Source: Octopus vulgaris (lineage: Eukaryota). Taken from it: a stretch of DNA of 64,000 nt. Positions 1 through 51,828 of this stretch are shown here, piece by piece (positions within the stretch are counted from its first letter, which is position 1; each line of letters begins with the position of its first letter). The position numbers and the translations under genes were made by a program. The notes under the pieces are model-generated. The model was given only the letters and a program-made list of their open reading frames with translations, searched no databases and was not told the origin of the DNA. The DNA lies in the NCBI GenBank assembly GCA_951406725.2, contig OX597830.1, positions 48,050,001 through 48,114,000 on the forward strand. Reading direction: 5' to 3'.

Positions 1-318
1 ACAAGATCCGTCGGAAGGATAACCCTGAATAACCAAAGAAATAATAATCCACAGTTTGGTAGAGGCCATAGCCACTCATAATAAGAAGGAGTTCTGATGG
101 AATGTCCCAGTGAAAATCTCGATAAAATTTAAGTATAATCGGACTGACATAGTGATTTGGGATGGAAAAGAGAAACTGTATACAGTTGTGGAAATTAGCT
201 GTTCAGCGGATATTAACATAAGGATCAGCGAAAAAGAGAATAACTACGCTGAATTATTGAGAAATATACTGTTACTCTACCCCGATTACAAGTTCAGATT
301 TATATCCCTAATTATTGC
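1..318 (+). mobile_element. 3' fragment of RLE-type non-LTR retrotransposon (restriction-like endonuclease domain), decayed
   Basis: ORF 110-418 contains YNRTDIVIWD...VVEISCSADIN...EKENNY, a decayed RPD-x-D/E-K endonuclease signature; similar to the fragment at 10850-11460. Confidence 0.75.
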
Positions 319-602
319 GGTACCAGCTTTCTTCGCTAGTGATTGCCTTCTTAAAAAAATTTTTGGATCAAGTTCCAACTGTTTTTTCCCTTTACGACAC
401 GCATTTAATCTCGACTGATTTTGATCTTCTGTGAGCAAGTGAGGCACAGATTTTGCTGCAACACTTTCATTCGCTCAAAACTCATTGGCAAGAACTCCAG
501 AACACACCAGTTATATCAACACGTTCATCAATTGTTCGGCAACGATCCTCTAAGACCAGTTCATGAATTTTCGTGATGTTTTCATTCGTTCAGGAGGTCG
601 AC
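318..602 (-). mobile_element. mariner transposase fragment
   Basis: Minus-strand translation across frameshifts: NENITKIHELVLEDRCRTIDE...VAAKSVPHLLTEDQNQSRLNAC...AITSEESW. This resembles the mariner HTH / VPxxL linker / ITGDETW region. Confidence 0.8.
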
Positions 603-759
603 GGTGGCAAAGAACGAGGTTGGTCTTCCAGCGACAAGTGACCAATAATGGACGAACAAGGGAGAAGTACTGTAAAACAAAGACGCACCACGTGACAGTA
701 CGACTCTTGTCAACGACACCAGTCGGCAGGAGGATGCCCGAGGGACGCATCAAGTGGTT

Positions 760-2338
760 TCTAGCCGTAGAAGCCTAAACTATAGCTGGTATGTCCCACA
801 GACAACGTTTCCGTTTACGTTTGGGTACCCTTCGCATTGATGTTTATAAATAGTTATGATGGTGCCACTGTCATGAGCGGAGGAATCGCTGGTGTTCAAG
901 CGAAATTGCTTGTCGCAGCCCCATCTGCAACTTGTGTCAGCTTCCACCAACCGAACCTAGATGTAGATAACTTCTTAACAAAAATGTAAAGGCTATCGGT
1001 GAATTTTTCGTCATACAAAAGCAACTTTACCTGTTTATGGATCGATTCAGAGTGACTCAGTACAACAAGTGCTTACAGGAAGAAAAACGAGGACAACCAG
1101 CAGAGAAGAAAATCTTCTCCTATACACGATGGGTCTGTCAGCAGGGACCGTGCTATGTTGTTCATTATGAGCTTTCCTTTATAATGGACATCCTCCCTCA
1201 TTTCAGTGAGGTTATCAAGTCATGGGAGAGGCAAATTAAAGACACGTGCTTCTATTACGTTTGTCTATGAAAGTTTACGCTTTCGTCTCCTCTAAACAAG
1301 TTTTAATACGAATCAAGTCTTTAGCAAAAATATTACAAATCTTCACTGCTGTGACTACAGTAACGGGAATGATATCCAGTGAAACATCTTCATATCAAAC
1401 GAAAAGAAAGTTTTGTAGCCTCCGATTGAGTAACACATCAGTGAAGTTATTAAGATCAACCCACTGACTCGGTAGATACCTAATCTACGGGGAAAATCTC
1501 CACAGCAGGAGGGTCTCATCGGTCAGTGAGAATGTTGAAAGTCGGCTGAAAATTAATAGATCACCTTTCATCAATTTTCACCGTGAGACCGTCATCCCTA
1601 TATTGAACCAGATTTGCTTAGAGTTCCGACACCAATTTTCGGCATAAAATGGTGATATGATAAACCTCTCTTATATCAATCCGTAAATTCTCCCGTTTCT
1701 GAACATTGTTTGTCTCAAATTCATAGCAGATACATTTCAACTAAATTTAGACGCCCTGGTGTGGTCTGAATGTTACTCTGCAAAGCGACTAATCGGGTGG
1801 AAGTGACACATCTTGATCTATTTGACCGATTTACTTGAGATTTTGAATCTCTCTACGGATTCCTCGATTGAACTGATCGAACTGCTGCAAGAAGATGTAA
1901 CACTGCCTGTAAGCACACGGCAGTCTATGAATGAATACTTTCTCAATCTGTAGAGGATAAAATCTTATCAGGCGAGATCCGTGGTAGACAATAAACCGGA
2001 CAATTTATGCCCAAGTATAATGAATAAATGGCGTGATGAAAACCTGAATTTTAAAGACATCTTCCTTCGTTTTGCGACACAACAACGAAAAGAGAATCCC
2101 TTTCGAGGAGTTCGTATTTTCATGACTTATATTAGACGGTGCCAACGTTTTATTTATTTGTGATTTTCAATCATGTTGAAAAGTTGACTTCAAATTTCAT
2201 TTATTAAATAAAAAGTCAAATTATTATTTATTTAAAATTTTTGCCCGTGCTTTTTAAAATCTAATGCTGACTGGGCTACAACACAGCGATTAGGTCTCCA
2301 CTGCTCCAGAAATGTAATCGCCTGAAATGCAAGCCCTG
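760..2338 (+). mobile_element. hAT (ZMYM1-like) transposase fossil with probable right terminal repeat
   Basis: SYDGATVMSGGIAGVQAKL (~851), GEFF...QLYLFM, YTRWVC (~1121), TLPVST hATC dimerisation motif (~1900); ends in ...gaaatgcaagccctg (2338), a hAT-like CAGGG terminus. Confidence 0.8.
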
Positions 2339-3472
2339 AACCAATTTTCCCAACAGATGTCAACACACAAATCTTCAAACTAAGCATTAACCGTATCGAT
2401 CTCACCAATCCATAAAGACTTGCAAACACAATGTCCACCACCACCTCTCCTCTTCAAGAAACTATAAACAAAGAATCCAATATTAATCTAAAACTAAACA
2501 AATGAAAACAAAAGGAACATTTTACGACATGTATGGTCAGCATTGCAATTTATGTTTTTCACAGCAAAAAACTATTTTAACTTTTCGATAACCTGAAAGA
2601 AATCGTGGGGCTTCTGAGTTTACGATCAAATTTCTATTAGATTTCGTTTTCCCGTATAATTGATTTCGTATTTTGGTTTAACCTATTCTTCGTTTAACCT
2701 GTACGTATAAGTTGCTGAAACACAAAATTTCGTCCAAAGAGAAAAAGAAAAGATTCTTATTTTAATTTCGCTTTATAATCCTTAATAAAAACAGTTTAGA
2801 TCAGCCGGCTTAAATAGTACCTGACACCCCAGAGCTAAAACTCAAATTAACAATCATGCTACCTAAGATTTTTGGTGCATTCTTACATTGGAATTGACGT
2901 ACAATAATTCTCGTAAAATGTTTACCATATTCTTCAGAAAAATTTTCAATGTTACTTTCCTCAATTTGTTTTTTTTTTCGTTTTTTTTTTTCAATTTGAA
3001 TAACAAATAATTTCACTTTTTAAGTGAAATCAATCAACTGCAATTATTTTATCTCATATATTATTTAGATGATGGGTAAGAAGCGTTAAGGATTCGGTTG
3101 ACTGCTTCTGGTATTTAGTTAAGACCCGTTACGTTTTGAAAGAAAATGCTGTCCAGAGTAACTTAGTGTCCCATTCTTTGAAGGTCGATAAAATAACACC
3201 CAATTGCCTCATTGGTACTCGGGTAAACTTAATAATCTTATAAAGCTTCAAATCTGTGAATGGATTTCTAAGAGAAGACTAATTTGAAAGGAAAAACGTT
3301 AGCAATAAAAATATATTAACAAAAGAAATAACTGAATTAAATTGATTTTATTCACGAAGAAACACAATATATCTTAAATAATAATTATTATTATTATTAG
3401 CAAACGTGATCCGTTGAAGTCTTGCTCACATTTCAAGGAGGGTAAGTAATTTTGTGGTGAATTCTATTAAAT

Positions 3473-31245
<27,773 letters not shown>

Positions 31246-32306
31246 AATTCAGTAACAAATACGGCGATGACCACCACTACATCACCATAAAATTATCCAT
31301 TGAAATAATGAGGGAGAGCGACAAATTGGAGAGGGATAGAAAGAGAGGGAACAGAAGAGAGAGGGATAGGAGTGAGGGTGAGATAAAAAGAGAGAAGAGC
31401 CAAAATAGAAAAAGAGGAAGAAAGAAAAAGAAATGTTATTTGTTTCAAACGAGATCAGAAGCATCAGTATTTCTTGGAAGAGAACATTCTAGACACTTCA
31501 TAGACTTTAGTGAAAGTATTACGTATAACTTGTTCGTAGAATTAACCACTTTTTATAAAGGCGAGTCACCACTTTTATAACGGGTTGATTCTATCTTATT
31601 TACAGAGTGATTATTGTCCTGAGTAGACTTTTCTAAGTCCACGTCGGCTTGCCACCAATATATAAGGTTGTGTTGGATTATCTGGTGTAGAATGTTTTTG
31701 ACTTGGAAAAGATAATAAATATAGATGTTTATTGAGTAGAAATCTATAGTGATAAACCGGTAACTTATAACTTAACTATAAGTGTTATCACTATACATAA
31801 ATCTTAACTCAGGCTGCGTAAACACCGTGATGAATTATACACCAAGACGCTGAAACGTACATGTTGAAAGGTCACCGCTATAATAACAGTTTCATGGATA
31901 CAGAAATAAATCTCATTAACAGGTTGAAGAAAATGAAGAAAGAGAAACTATTTACTAAATTAGTTTATTTAAATACATTTAATATTTACAGTACATTTAG
32001 AAGTCAAAGAAAATTGTCGTAGAGAGTTACGACATAAAATTTATATTAACTAATTCTTCCATACGAAACTAGCAGAGTTTTACACAACGATTCAAAATAG
32101 TCTTGTTGGATTTAAGTAATAGAGATGGCATAAAAATAGACAATATCTCAAGAGAGTGAGTGTCGTGGAAATGAGGGGCTACCAACGAACACTGAGGGTG
32201 AGTGTCGTGGAGTCTAGTGACAACCAGCGATCCCTGATTAATTTTGATCTCACTGGACAAGGGATAGGCATAGTTCAGAAGATTTAGGTCATGTTAATAT
32301 TCACCC

Positions 32307-32379
<73 letters not shown>

Positions 32380-33838
32380 AATATAAATATATATATATAA
32401 ATTAAATATAAAATATAAATTACAATGTGGGACAAGAACGCAAAAACACACAAAGGGACGACACAAAAAAACAGACGGGTCACTCGAAGCCTCTAATCTT
32501 CAGTCGGGAACCGGATCATCTTAGTAATTTCGGCTGTTTAATTTCGATATTACTCCGACCCGGCCAGCCCCAAGGAAAAACCAAGCCACAGGCATTGGAT
32601 TTCTTGGAAAGAGGATCGAATGTATACGAAACAAAAACAGGATGCCACACGAATATAAATACAAGAAACAAAAAAAAAATAGAAATAAAAAACAGAAATA
32701 ATATATATATAAGCATGTATGTATGCATGTATGTATGTGTGTATGTGTGTATGTATGAATGTATGTATACATACATATATGTATATTCTTTTGTAATATA
32801 TATGTATACTCATGTGTATATATATGTGCATACATATAAAAACACACATACACATATACATACATACATGTATAATTGCATAAGTTGGAGTAACAAGAAG
32901 GAATACGAAGGCACATTTATTTGGAAACCCTACCATTGTTTCCAGGCACTGCAGTCTTTCATTTTGGCAGGAATTTGGTTACGCAAACATTTCTCTGCAT
33001 TGAGAATTCTTGTTGCGTCAACGGGTCGTCTGCATGTAACATTATTAAGATATAGTGACATGACAATCGTTCCTTGTGATACTCAGTGGTGAATAAAATA
33101 TTGATTAATTGATATAAACTGGTATTAATAAAGGAGTATTGAGGCAAAGGAACTTGTTAATTATATATAAAGAAAATTATAATCTAAGCAGGTTTTTTTA
33201 TAAGTAATGAATATACCAGTATAGTATGAATTTATAGAGATACAAAAATTAGAATTAATTTTATAAATAAAGGCTAATTATAAAATAATAAAGAAATACA
33301 ATAAAATGATCAGATAGGGCAGAACACCATAGAAAAGGGAATAAAATAAATCAAATTCCAATACAATGGTAAAGTATATGTAGCTTATTAACACCAATAG
33401 AGAAGATTTTTAGAAAAAGTATAATAATTCAAATTATATTAGACTAAAGATTATATATTTACTTATTTAGCTAATATCAATAAAATACAAATATCTGGTA
33501 TCAGCTAAAAAAAATTTAAGTTATGGAACAATCATATTTTACACTAATGTTTTCTTTTTTAATTAAGTTTATATCATAGATTTAAGAAGTTAATATTGTT
33601 ACTTCCTTCATGATATTTATAGTTTCTTAGTTGTACTTGTTTAGAAGGGTTATTTATATAAATGCCCTTAAGATCAGGAGGGTAGAGCCATTTAAGAAAG
33701 AGATAAATCAAGTAAATTCTAAAGATCATTTCAAACAATATTGTCTTATTGTATAAAGTTAAAATTTAGGGTAATCAAGAAGATTATTAAGAATGAAATT
33801 TTAACATAAAGATAAAACTTCTTTGAATATTTGGAGTA

Positions 33839-34347
33839 CCGTAAATCCTCGAGTATAGTCCGTCCTTGAGTATAACACGCAGTGGATTTTTTTGGTGGGG
33901 CTGTACCTCTGAAAAACCTAAACCTTGTGTATAATATTCACTCCTTCTCTAACTTGAGTCAAGGAGGTCTATATAACGTCCTTGGTTTGTAAAAATGAAT
34001 ATGGTAACGTCCTTTATTATTACTGTATATATAACATAGTGCGAACGTGTAGTATTTTTGTGCATTTTGTTTGTAGAAAATAAAGAAATAACAGTAATAA
34101 CGTTTAATAAATGTTGCTTACTGTAATTTATGGATGATTCTTTTATGACTTCATTGCTTTCAGGTTTAAGGTATTTTCACGCCCGAAATCATAAAATGCG
34201 TCTGATTAAACATAGCCAGAGAGAAAATAGTAACTCGGAAATAGCTTAGAAAATAATTCTTATTTTTAACCTCGTATATAGTACGTACTAGGTATTTTGA
34301 CCTTTAGATTTTAGGAAAAAATGCGGATTATACTCGAGGATTTACGG
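33839..34347. mobile_element. pogo/Tc2-like MITE
   Basis: 24-bp TIR CCGTAAATCCTCGAGTATA(G/A)TCCG (1 mismatch), TA on both sides, no ORF. Confidence 0.9.
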
Positions 34348-34527
34348 TATATACCAAAGTTTTACCACAATAGAGAGAGAGAGAAGAAAATTGCATTACT
34401 TCTGATAATTCTTGTTGCTTATTTTGATTTTAATCACCTTACTTTGAAATTGTATAGATAATACCGTACTAAATTCTGGTCCCTCAACTTAAGTACTATA
34501 TTCATGTGAATCTAAATTTTTGCTAAA

Positions 34528-34575
<48 letters not shown>

Positions 34576-34722
34576 TGAAATGGAAAGATGAATTATCTCG
34601 TTACGGATTATTCAAAAGTTTAACCGATACCTGGGTAGCAAAAATCACAGCAGAAAAAACACGGTTGGAGTTATGACCATAGGGTGTTGCAACCGTGCGT
34701 TGGCGCGGATAATTGAAGTTTA

Positions 34723-35277
<555 letters not shown>

Positions 35278-35899
35278 ATATATATACATATATATACAAA
35301 ATGTGTTCTTGTGGGGTCTCAGTCGTGATGGCTAAATTCTTAAATAATTAAAACCATATTAATTATACAATTAAATATTTACTTACAAATAATTTGAAGA
35401 TAATTCCTCCTTAACATCCTGTCTGTTTTCTAGGTAGAAATGGCTGTCAAGAGCGAGATGTTACTTGTTTGAATTTATCTTCTTAATGAAGGATAATCAT
35501 TATATGAACTTCGTATCGAATTATCACTATTAGCTGGCATTGTATTCCACAACTGAAGTGTTTGTATCTATTCAATACACTTTATAAAGATACTCCGGAT
35601 GAAAAAGTATTGACTTAACGATTGAGATGGCATAAGATCACCAGATGATACATATAAATATATATGTGTGTATGTGTGTGTGCGTGCCGGTCTGTGTGTA
35701 TGTATGTGCATGTACGTGTGTGTATGTGTGTGTGCTTTTGCATGTGTATGCGTATGCATGTTTATACTACTACACAAAAATACCAACAACTTTATCAAAA
35801 ACAATTAAAGCAACCATTGATAAATTTCGTATCTAAAGACTTTGCCGTTTTCATTTTTTTAAAAATTCCAATAATTCTTAAATGTGACATTTCCAGCAG

Positions 35900-37070
35900 T
35901 GAGTTTAAACTAAAAGGTCGCACTCATTTATAAAGTATATTTCCACTTGCGTTATTAAAATAATGACAGCTATTTCATGCCAACTTATATCATACACCAT
36001 CAGCTGTTTTAAGATCGTCAAAAAATGCGAGCTCCTTCAACATGTAACAATAACATTCTCAGATAAAATATTTCTTCTTGCTTTGGACTTGGAAACTAAA
36101 GTCTTGAAATAATTCTCTCTTCTCATCTCTCGTATAGTTTCCAAACAGTCATCTCTTTGTCACACACATAATGATAATGAATATCAATATGCAACCGGCG
36201 TCTTGTAATTTTGTCTCATTTACTACGGACAAACCATGATGGTAGAGGCGTGTTACGACGGGCAGCTCTTCTCTCTTCTCTCGCTCTAACGCTTCTTTCT
36301 CATTACTTTCTCTGTAAAAGAAAGATTCTTGCTGTTGCACTGGCAGCGATTATAACAGCATGGGGTCTGTTATATATTTTAACCATGTACAACTTCAACG
36401 TCCATCTTCCTTTTACTTATATTATATTTAATGTTTTTGTAGCCTTTATAGAGTTACTTGAATATGTATTTCATTGACTTGGTAGTCGGAAATATTTGCA
36501 TATTTACATGCGCTTTGAAAGTGCGACATTGGTCCTTTCTATTGAGGACTACACACCTATTATTAACTTTAATAACTTGTATTGTCCCACCTTGGCATCA
36601 CCTGTAGCATGGATAACCATTGTCGTTTGCTCATGTTTCTTCAAGAAATTCGCTAGGAATCTTCTTTGACAGTGTCCGTTCACCATGCAAACATCTTCTC
36701 ATGTGTCTTTCACTCTCAGGTCCATGCTTCATGCATGTACTTTTATAATCACATGAAACAAATGCTCAGTTTCTACGACAGAAACTTCGCTGCTGCAAAC
36801 AATTTAATCTATTTGCAACGAGTCCTCTGCATGTAATATTATTTTATGTCCTTGTGTTCGATATATAATTTAACAACTTCTCCCTACTATAACCTGAGAC
36901 TCAACGCTCTCAATCACGGTTCACAGTGAACTGCTTACCAACTTGAGCTGCCAATCGCTCACACTTCTTTATTTTATAACAATGAGTCAGTCCACCTTCA
37001 GTTACATTGTGGGTGGTCAGATTCTTTCCATAACATCTCCCCTTTTAGAATTAGTCTCCCTCACTTCTTT
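35900..37070 (-). mobile_element. Helitron Rep fragment, decayed
   Basis: CMVNGHC..RF...NDNGYPCYR...NNRCVV...FKAHVN...SMKYIFK.LYKG. Confidence 0.75.
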
Positions 37071-37084
37071 CTGATCAGAGTTGT

Positions 37085-38700
37085 TAATATCTTTTACGCT
37101 TAGGATTCAATTTCAGTGTTTCCGTTCTTTTTCGTCTTCTGATGCTAGAACGTGTAGTTTCAAATTGTTTGGCTGCTGGTACCTCAAACGTGTCGTACAA
37201 AACTCAAATGGAGATTCCTTTTCTCGTGACAGTTTTTCCGTGAATCTTTCTTGAAGTTGGTTAATATATATTTTATATTCGAAATTTTTTCCTTTTACCA
37301 GGAATAACATTTTTCCAATTTGTTTAATTATTACACCATCTTCCCAGTTTTTTTTACCATATCTATAGGTTTTAAGTAAATCTTTGTCACCTAAGTAGAA
37401 TAATTTTAAAGTAATTTTGTTGTTCGCCTTTGTTTTTAATTTTCACTCGGTATCAACTTATCAAAGACGGATGTGACCTTTCTAGCAAACATCGGTTCTG
37501 CGGGTGACATTTCCGGTGGTATATTTGGATTAAGTATCAATCGGTACATTCAAATAAGGCCGTTATAATCTAATTTTTTGGAGTACATATTTTACGTGTT
37601 CTACGTGTTAATCCCTGGATTCGTTTTTTTATGGATTATATTATCCAGATATGGAGTTAAAACTTCACAGTCCGCTAATATTGCATCCAAAATCTCTTGA
37701 AATATCGCTGGTGCGACTTTTAAGCCAAATTGTAACCTGTTGTATTTTTACAGTCCTTCCTGTGTGTTAATTGTTTTGTATTTAAAGCATTCATCGTCTA
37801 CTCTAATTTGTAGGTACGCGTCAGAGAGATCCACTTTAGAAAACATCTTGCCACCGTTGAATTTTAAGAAAAAATAATTTTCAGTTCGTCTGACGACTTA
37901 TTTTGCTATAGGAAATAAAACCACTCACAGTCTTGGAGAAAAGATCTGTAAGAAGGTCCCATAAGCTAAATAATTCCATCCGGTCAGTTCCGATTAAATT
38001 TGTCGTATTATTTAACACAAAAACTTTGGCTTTTAAGGTTTTTTAACGAAATGTAGTGTCTCTTATAAATTCGCCCTTAAAATATAATTTTTTGCATGAA
38101 ACACCACGGGCAATGTTTGAAGTTTCATTTAATCATGTATCTGTGTTAATTATCGAGATATCGCTGTCCGCATCCAAGCGTAACTTTACATTTGTGTTAT
38201 TACTTTTTACGTACAAAAATTTCCTTTGGAGCACTTTCGTATGTCTTGTCACCGATAACCGGTTGACGTTATTTTTCTGTTGAACCATTTACGACGTTTT
38301 GTTTTACAGTGTGATTTTTTTTATAACCTATTCGGCCACTCTTGAAACATTTAATATTTTTAAACGGACAGTTACTTTTAAAACGCAGACCACATCACCC
38401 ACAACATGTTTTCGGTCTTAATATACTTTTCTCTTTTTTCTTATCTGTTACCGGTAGATGCGCTTAAACATGAGATTAATCTTTTGCTTCAAGTTTATCT
38501 GCGTTGTGTCGTAGATTTATAAACCTCTGATATACTTCTGCTTTCTAACTTTTCAATATCTGGGATCGTATATCTGCATCGTTGTTTGTAGAAAACCTTT
38601 AAACAAAAAACTAAACACTTGAACACGTCCGGGGTCAACCCATTCAATTTTAATTTCTCACACTCTCTGTTAAACTCTCCGACATAGGTGACGATATCTT
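37085..38700 (-). mobile_element. Gypsy LTR-retrotransposon internal fragments (gag knuckle, RT, integrase C-terminus)
   Basis: CPFKNIKCF; FSKVDLSDAYLQI...KYNRLQFGLKVAPAIFQ...YLDNII; WEDGVIIKQIGKMLFLV. Confidence 0.85.
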
Positions 38701-38750
38701 CATCATCGTTTCTGAACCAATTTAAACATTGCCAGCGATTACTGAAGAGG

Positions 38751-39914
38751 AAAAGTAAAGGCTATCGGGGAATTTTTTGTCATACAAAAGCAACTTTAAC
38801 TGTTTATGGATCGATTCAGACTGCCTCAGTACAACAAGTGCTTACAGGAAGAAAAACGAGGACAACCAGCAGAGAAGAAAATCTTCTCCTATACACAATG
38901 GGTCTGTCAGCAGGGACCGTGTAATGTTGTTCATTATGAGCTTTCCTTTATTATGGACATACTCCCTCATTTCAGTGAGGTTATCAAGTCATGGGAGAGG
39001 CAAATTAAAGACACGTGCTTCTATTACGTTTGTCTATGAAAGCTTACGCTTTCGTCTCCTCTAAACAAGTTTTAATACGAATCAAGTCTTTAGCAAAAAT
39101 ATTACAAATCTTCACTGCTGTGACTACAGCAACGGCAATGCTATCCAGTTAAACATCTTCATATCAAACGAAAAGAAAGTTTTGTAGCCTCCGATTAAGT
39201 AACACATCAGTGAAGTTATTAAGATCAACCCACTGACTCAGTAGATACCTAATCTACGGGGAAAATCTCCACATCAGGCGGGTCTCATCGGTCAGTGAGA
39301 ATGTTGAAAGTCGGCTGAAAATTAATAGAGCACCTTTCATCAATTTTCACCGTGAGACCGTCATCCCTATATTGAACCAGAGTTGCTTAGAGTTCCGACA
39401 CCAATTTTCGGCATAAAATGGTGATATCATGATAAACCCCTCTTATCTCAATCCGTAAATGCTCCAGTTTCTGAACATTGTTTGTCTCAAATTCATAGCA
39501 GATACATTTCAACTGAATTTAGACGCCCTGGTGTGGTCTGAATGCCACTCTGCAAAGCGACTCATCGGGTGGAAGTGACACATTTTCATCTCTTTGACCG
39601 ATTTATTTGAGATGAAAACCTGAATCTTAAAGACATCTTCCTTCGTTTTGCGACACAACAACGAAAAGAGAATCACTTTCGAGGAGTTCGTATTTTCATG
39701 ACTTATAACAGACGGTGCCAATGTTTTATCTATTTGTGATTTTCAATCATGTTGACAAGTCGACTTCAAATTTCATTTATTAAATCAAAAGTCAAATTAT
39801 TATTTATTTAAAATTTTTGCCCGTGTTTTTTTAAAACTAATGCTGACTGGGCTACAACACAGCGATTGGGTCTCCACTGCTCCAGATTATTAATCGCCAG
39901 AAATGCAGTCCCTG
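38751..39914 (+). mobile_element. hAT fossil, copy B (5'-truncated, ~200-bp deletion of hATC region)
   Basis: Paralogue of 981-2338; deletion junction at ~39611 (gat microhomology). Confidence 0.8.
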
Positions 39915-40621
39915 ATCCAATTTTCCCAACAGATGTCAACACACAATTCTTCAAACTAAGCATTAACCGTATCGATGTCTTAAAGACTTGCAAACACAAT
40001 GTCCACTGCCACCTCTCCTTTTCAATAAACTATAAATAAAGAGTCCAATATTAATCTAAAACTAAACAAATGAAAACAAAAGGAACATTTTACGACATGT
40101 ATGGTCAGTATTGCAATTCATGTTTTTCACAGTGAAAACTGTTTTAACTTTTCGATAACCTGAAAGAAATCGTGAGGCTCCTGAGTTTTCTATTAGATTT
40201 CGTTTTCCGTATAATCGATTTCGTTTTTTGTTTTAACATATTCTTCATTTAACCTGTTCTTATAAGCTGCAAATAAGTTGCTGAAACACAAACTTTCGTC
40301 CAAAGAGAAAAAGAAATGATTCTTATTTTAATTTCGCTTTATAATCCTTAATAAATACAGTTTAGATCAACCAGCTTAAATAGTTTCCGAGAGGCCGGAG
40401 CTAAAACTCAAATTAGAAATCATGTTCTAAGAGAAGACTAATTTAGAACGAAAAACGTTAGCAATTAAAATAAATTAACAAAAGAAATAACTGAATTAAA
40501 TTGATTTTATTCACAAAGAAATACACATTTTATCTTATATAATTATTATTAGCAAACGTGATACGTTGAATCTTGCTCACATTTCATGGAGAAGTAATTT
40601 TGGGGTGAATTCCATTAAAGT

Positions 40622-50232
<9,611 letters not shown>

Positions 50233-51615
50233 GATTCAGTAACAAATACGGCGATGACCACCACTACATCACCATAAAATTATCCATTGAAATAATGAGG
50301 GAGAGCGACAAATTGGAGAGGGATAGAAAGAGAGGGAACAGAAGAGAGAGGGATAGGAGGAGTGAGGGTGAGATAAATAGAGAGAGGAGCAAAAATAGAA
50401 AAAGGGAGAGATGAAGAAATAAAAAAAAATTTCTATTAGTTTCAAACGAGATAGGAAGCCTCAGTATTTCTTGGAAGAGAACATTCTAGACACTTCAGAG
50501 TCTTTAGTGAAAGTATTACGTATATTAAGAGCGTGTTAAAGAGTGAATGTAGTGAACCAAGAAGAATATTTAATTAATTGAAATTATGCATGTAATGAAG
50601 AGGGGGGAAATTATCTGATTAAATGATGACCGTTGTCAAGAGATGGAAGGGAGAGAAATTCTGAAATTGAAATTGATTAAAAATAACGTAGAGGTAAGCA
50701 GTGGGGAACGAATCTAATTTTTAGTAGGTTTGGGGTTAAATCCGGACATGTTTTCGTCTTATCAGACATCCGCAGCGAAATGTAGCCTAATACGTACTTA
50801 TTGGAGAACTTTTTAGGACTGACTTCTGTATGCGGAACATAGATTATACAACGAAAAACATAATGAGAGAGTTGACCACATCCTTTCCGGTGATCCGTTC
50901 CTTTGCCAAGACCAATAATGTTCCCAGACAGGAATATATGTCCATGTATCGCAATTTGAAGAAAAGAACGGATAAGAAATGATAAAACTTCAAACAGAAT
51001 CCATTATAACGACCTGACCACAATTAACTGCGGAATGACAGATAAAGACATCAAGGAGAACTGTGCAAAAATAATTTGCCAAGGAATGAAACAATGATAT
51101 CTGTACTCTGATTGATATTTCAATTATTTTGTTGTCGAAGCATTTCCAGTGAGAGGGGTAGAAACTGCAAATGTTCAAGTTTCATGAATTTAAAATGATC
51201 AGGAAGCATGTATGAATATGAAAACGCTATCAATAATAATTGAATCACAAGGTATGATAAAAATATAAAGAAAATCGTAAATCCCACGTCAACGTTATTC
51301 TCCATCCAAAAGATAATCCAACTAAACTCGGCCCACATCGTACGCAAGCCTCTTTCAATTTAGTCGTCCATCTCAAATGGTTCCATTCTCTGCATGCAAC
51401 ACATTCCATATATAATCACTGGCCAATAAAATGTTTATAGTTTACACAACACACACTGCAAACAATCACAACGAAACAATGTATCACAACACATTCTCTA
51501 GACTTTAACTGATCCAATAAAATATACAAAATATATTCATATATTTGCAAGAAAATGAAATTTGAATTAAAACTCTCAAAGGAAATACATCCAAAGGTAT
51601 ATTCAATTATGCATA

Positions 51616-51625
51616 GTAGATAGAT

Positions 51626-51703
<78 letters not shown>

Positions 51704-51739
51704 TTGGATAGATAGAGAGTTAGATAGAGAGGAAAATAT

Positions 51740-51821
<82 letters not shown>

Positions 51822-51828
51822 GGATAGA
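51616..51828. repeat. (GATA)n/(GACA)n microsatellite
   Basis: Direct inspection. Confidence 0.95.

Noticed and set aside
2339-2462. EGF-like HCVCKSLWIGE on the minus strand after a possible acceptor
   Set aside because: In-frame stop shortly after, and the motif is disrupted by a deletion in copy B.
32470-32550. Hammerhead-like GAAA...CUGAAGA on the minus strand
   Set aside because: Stems I and II do not close properly around the core. Similar degenerate motifs at ~9680-9720, ~31825-31865 and ~32915-33030 also lack an intact core.
33100-33830. Penelope-like RT/GIY-YIG remnant
   Set aside because: Only faint motif hints in very AT-rich sequence; cannot be supported by eye.
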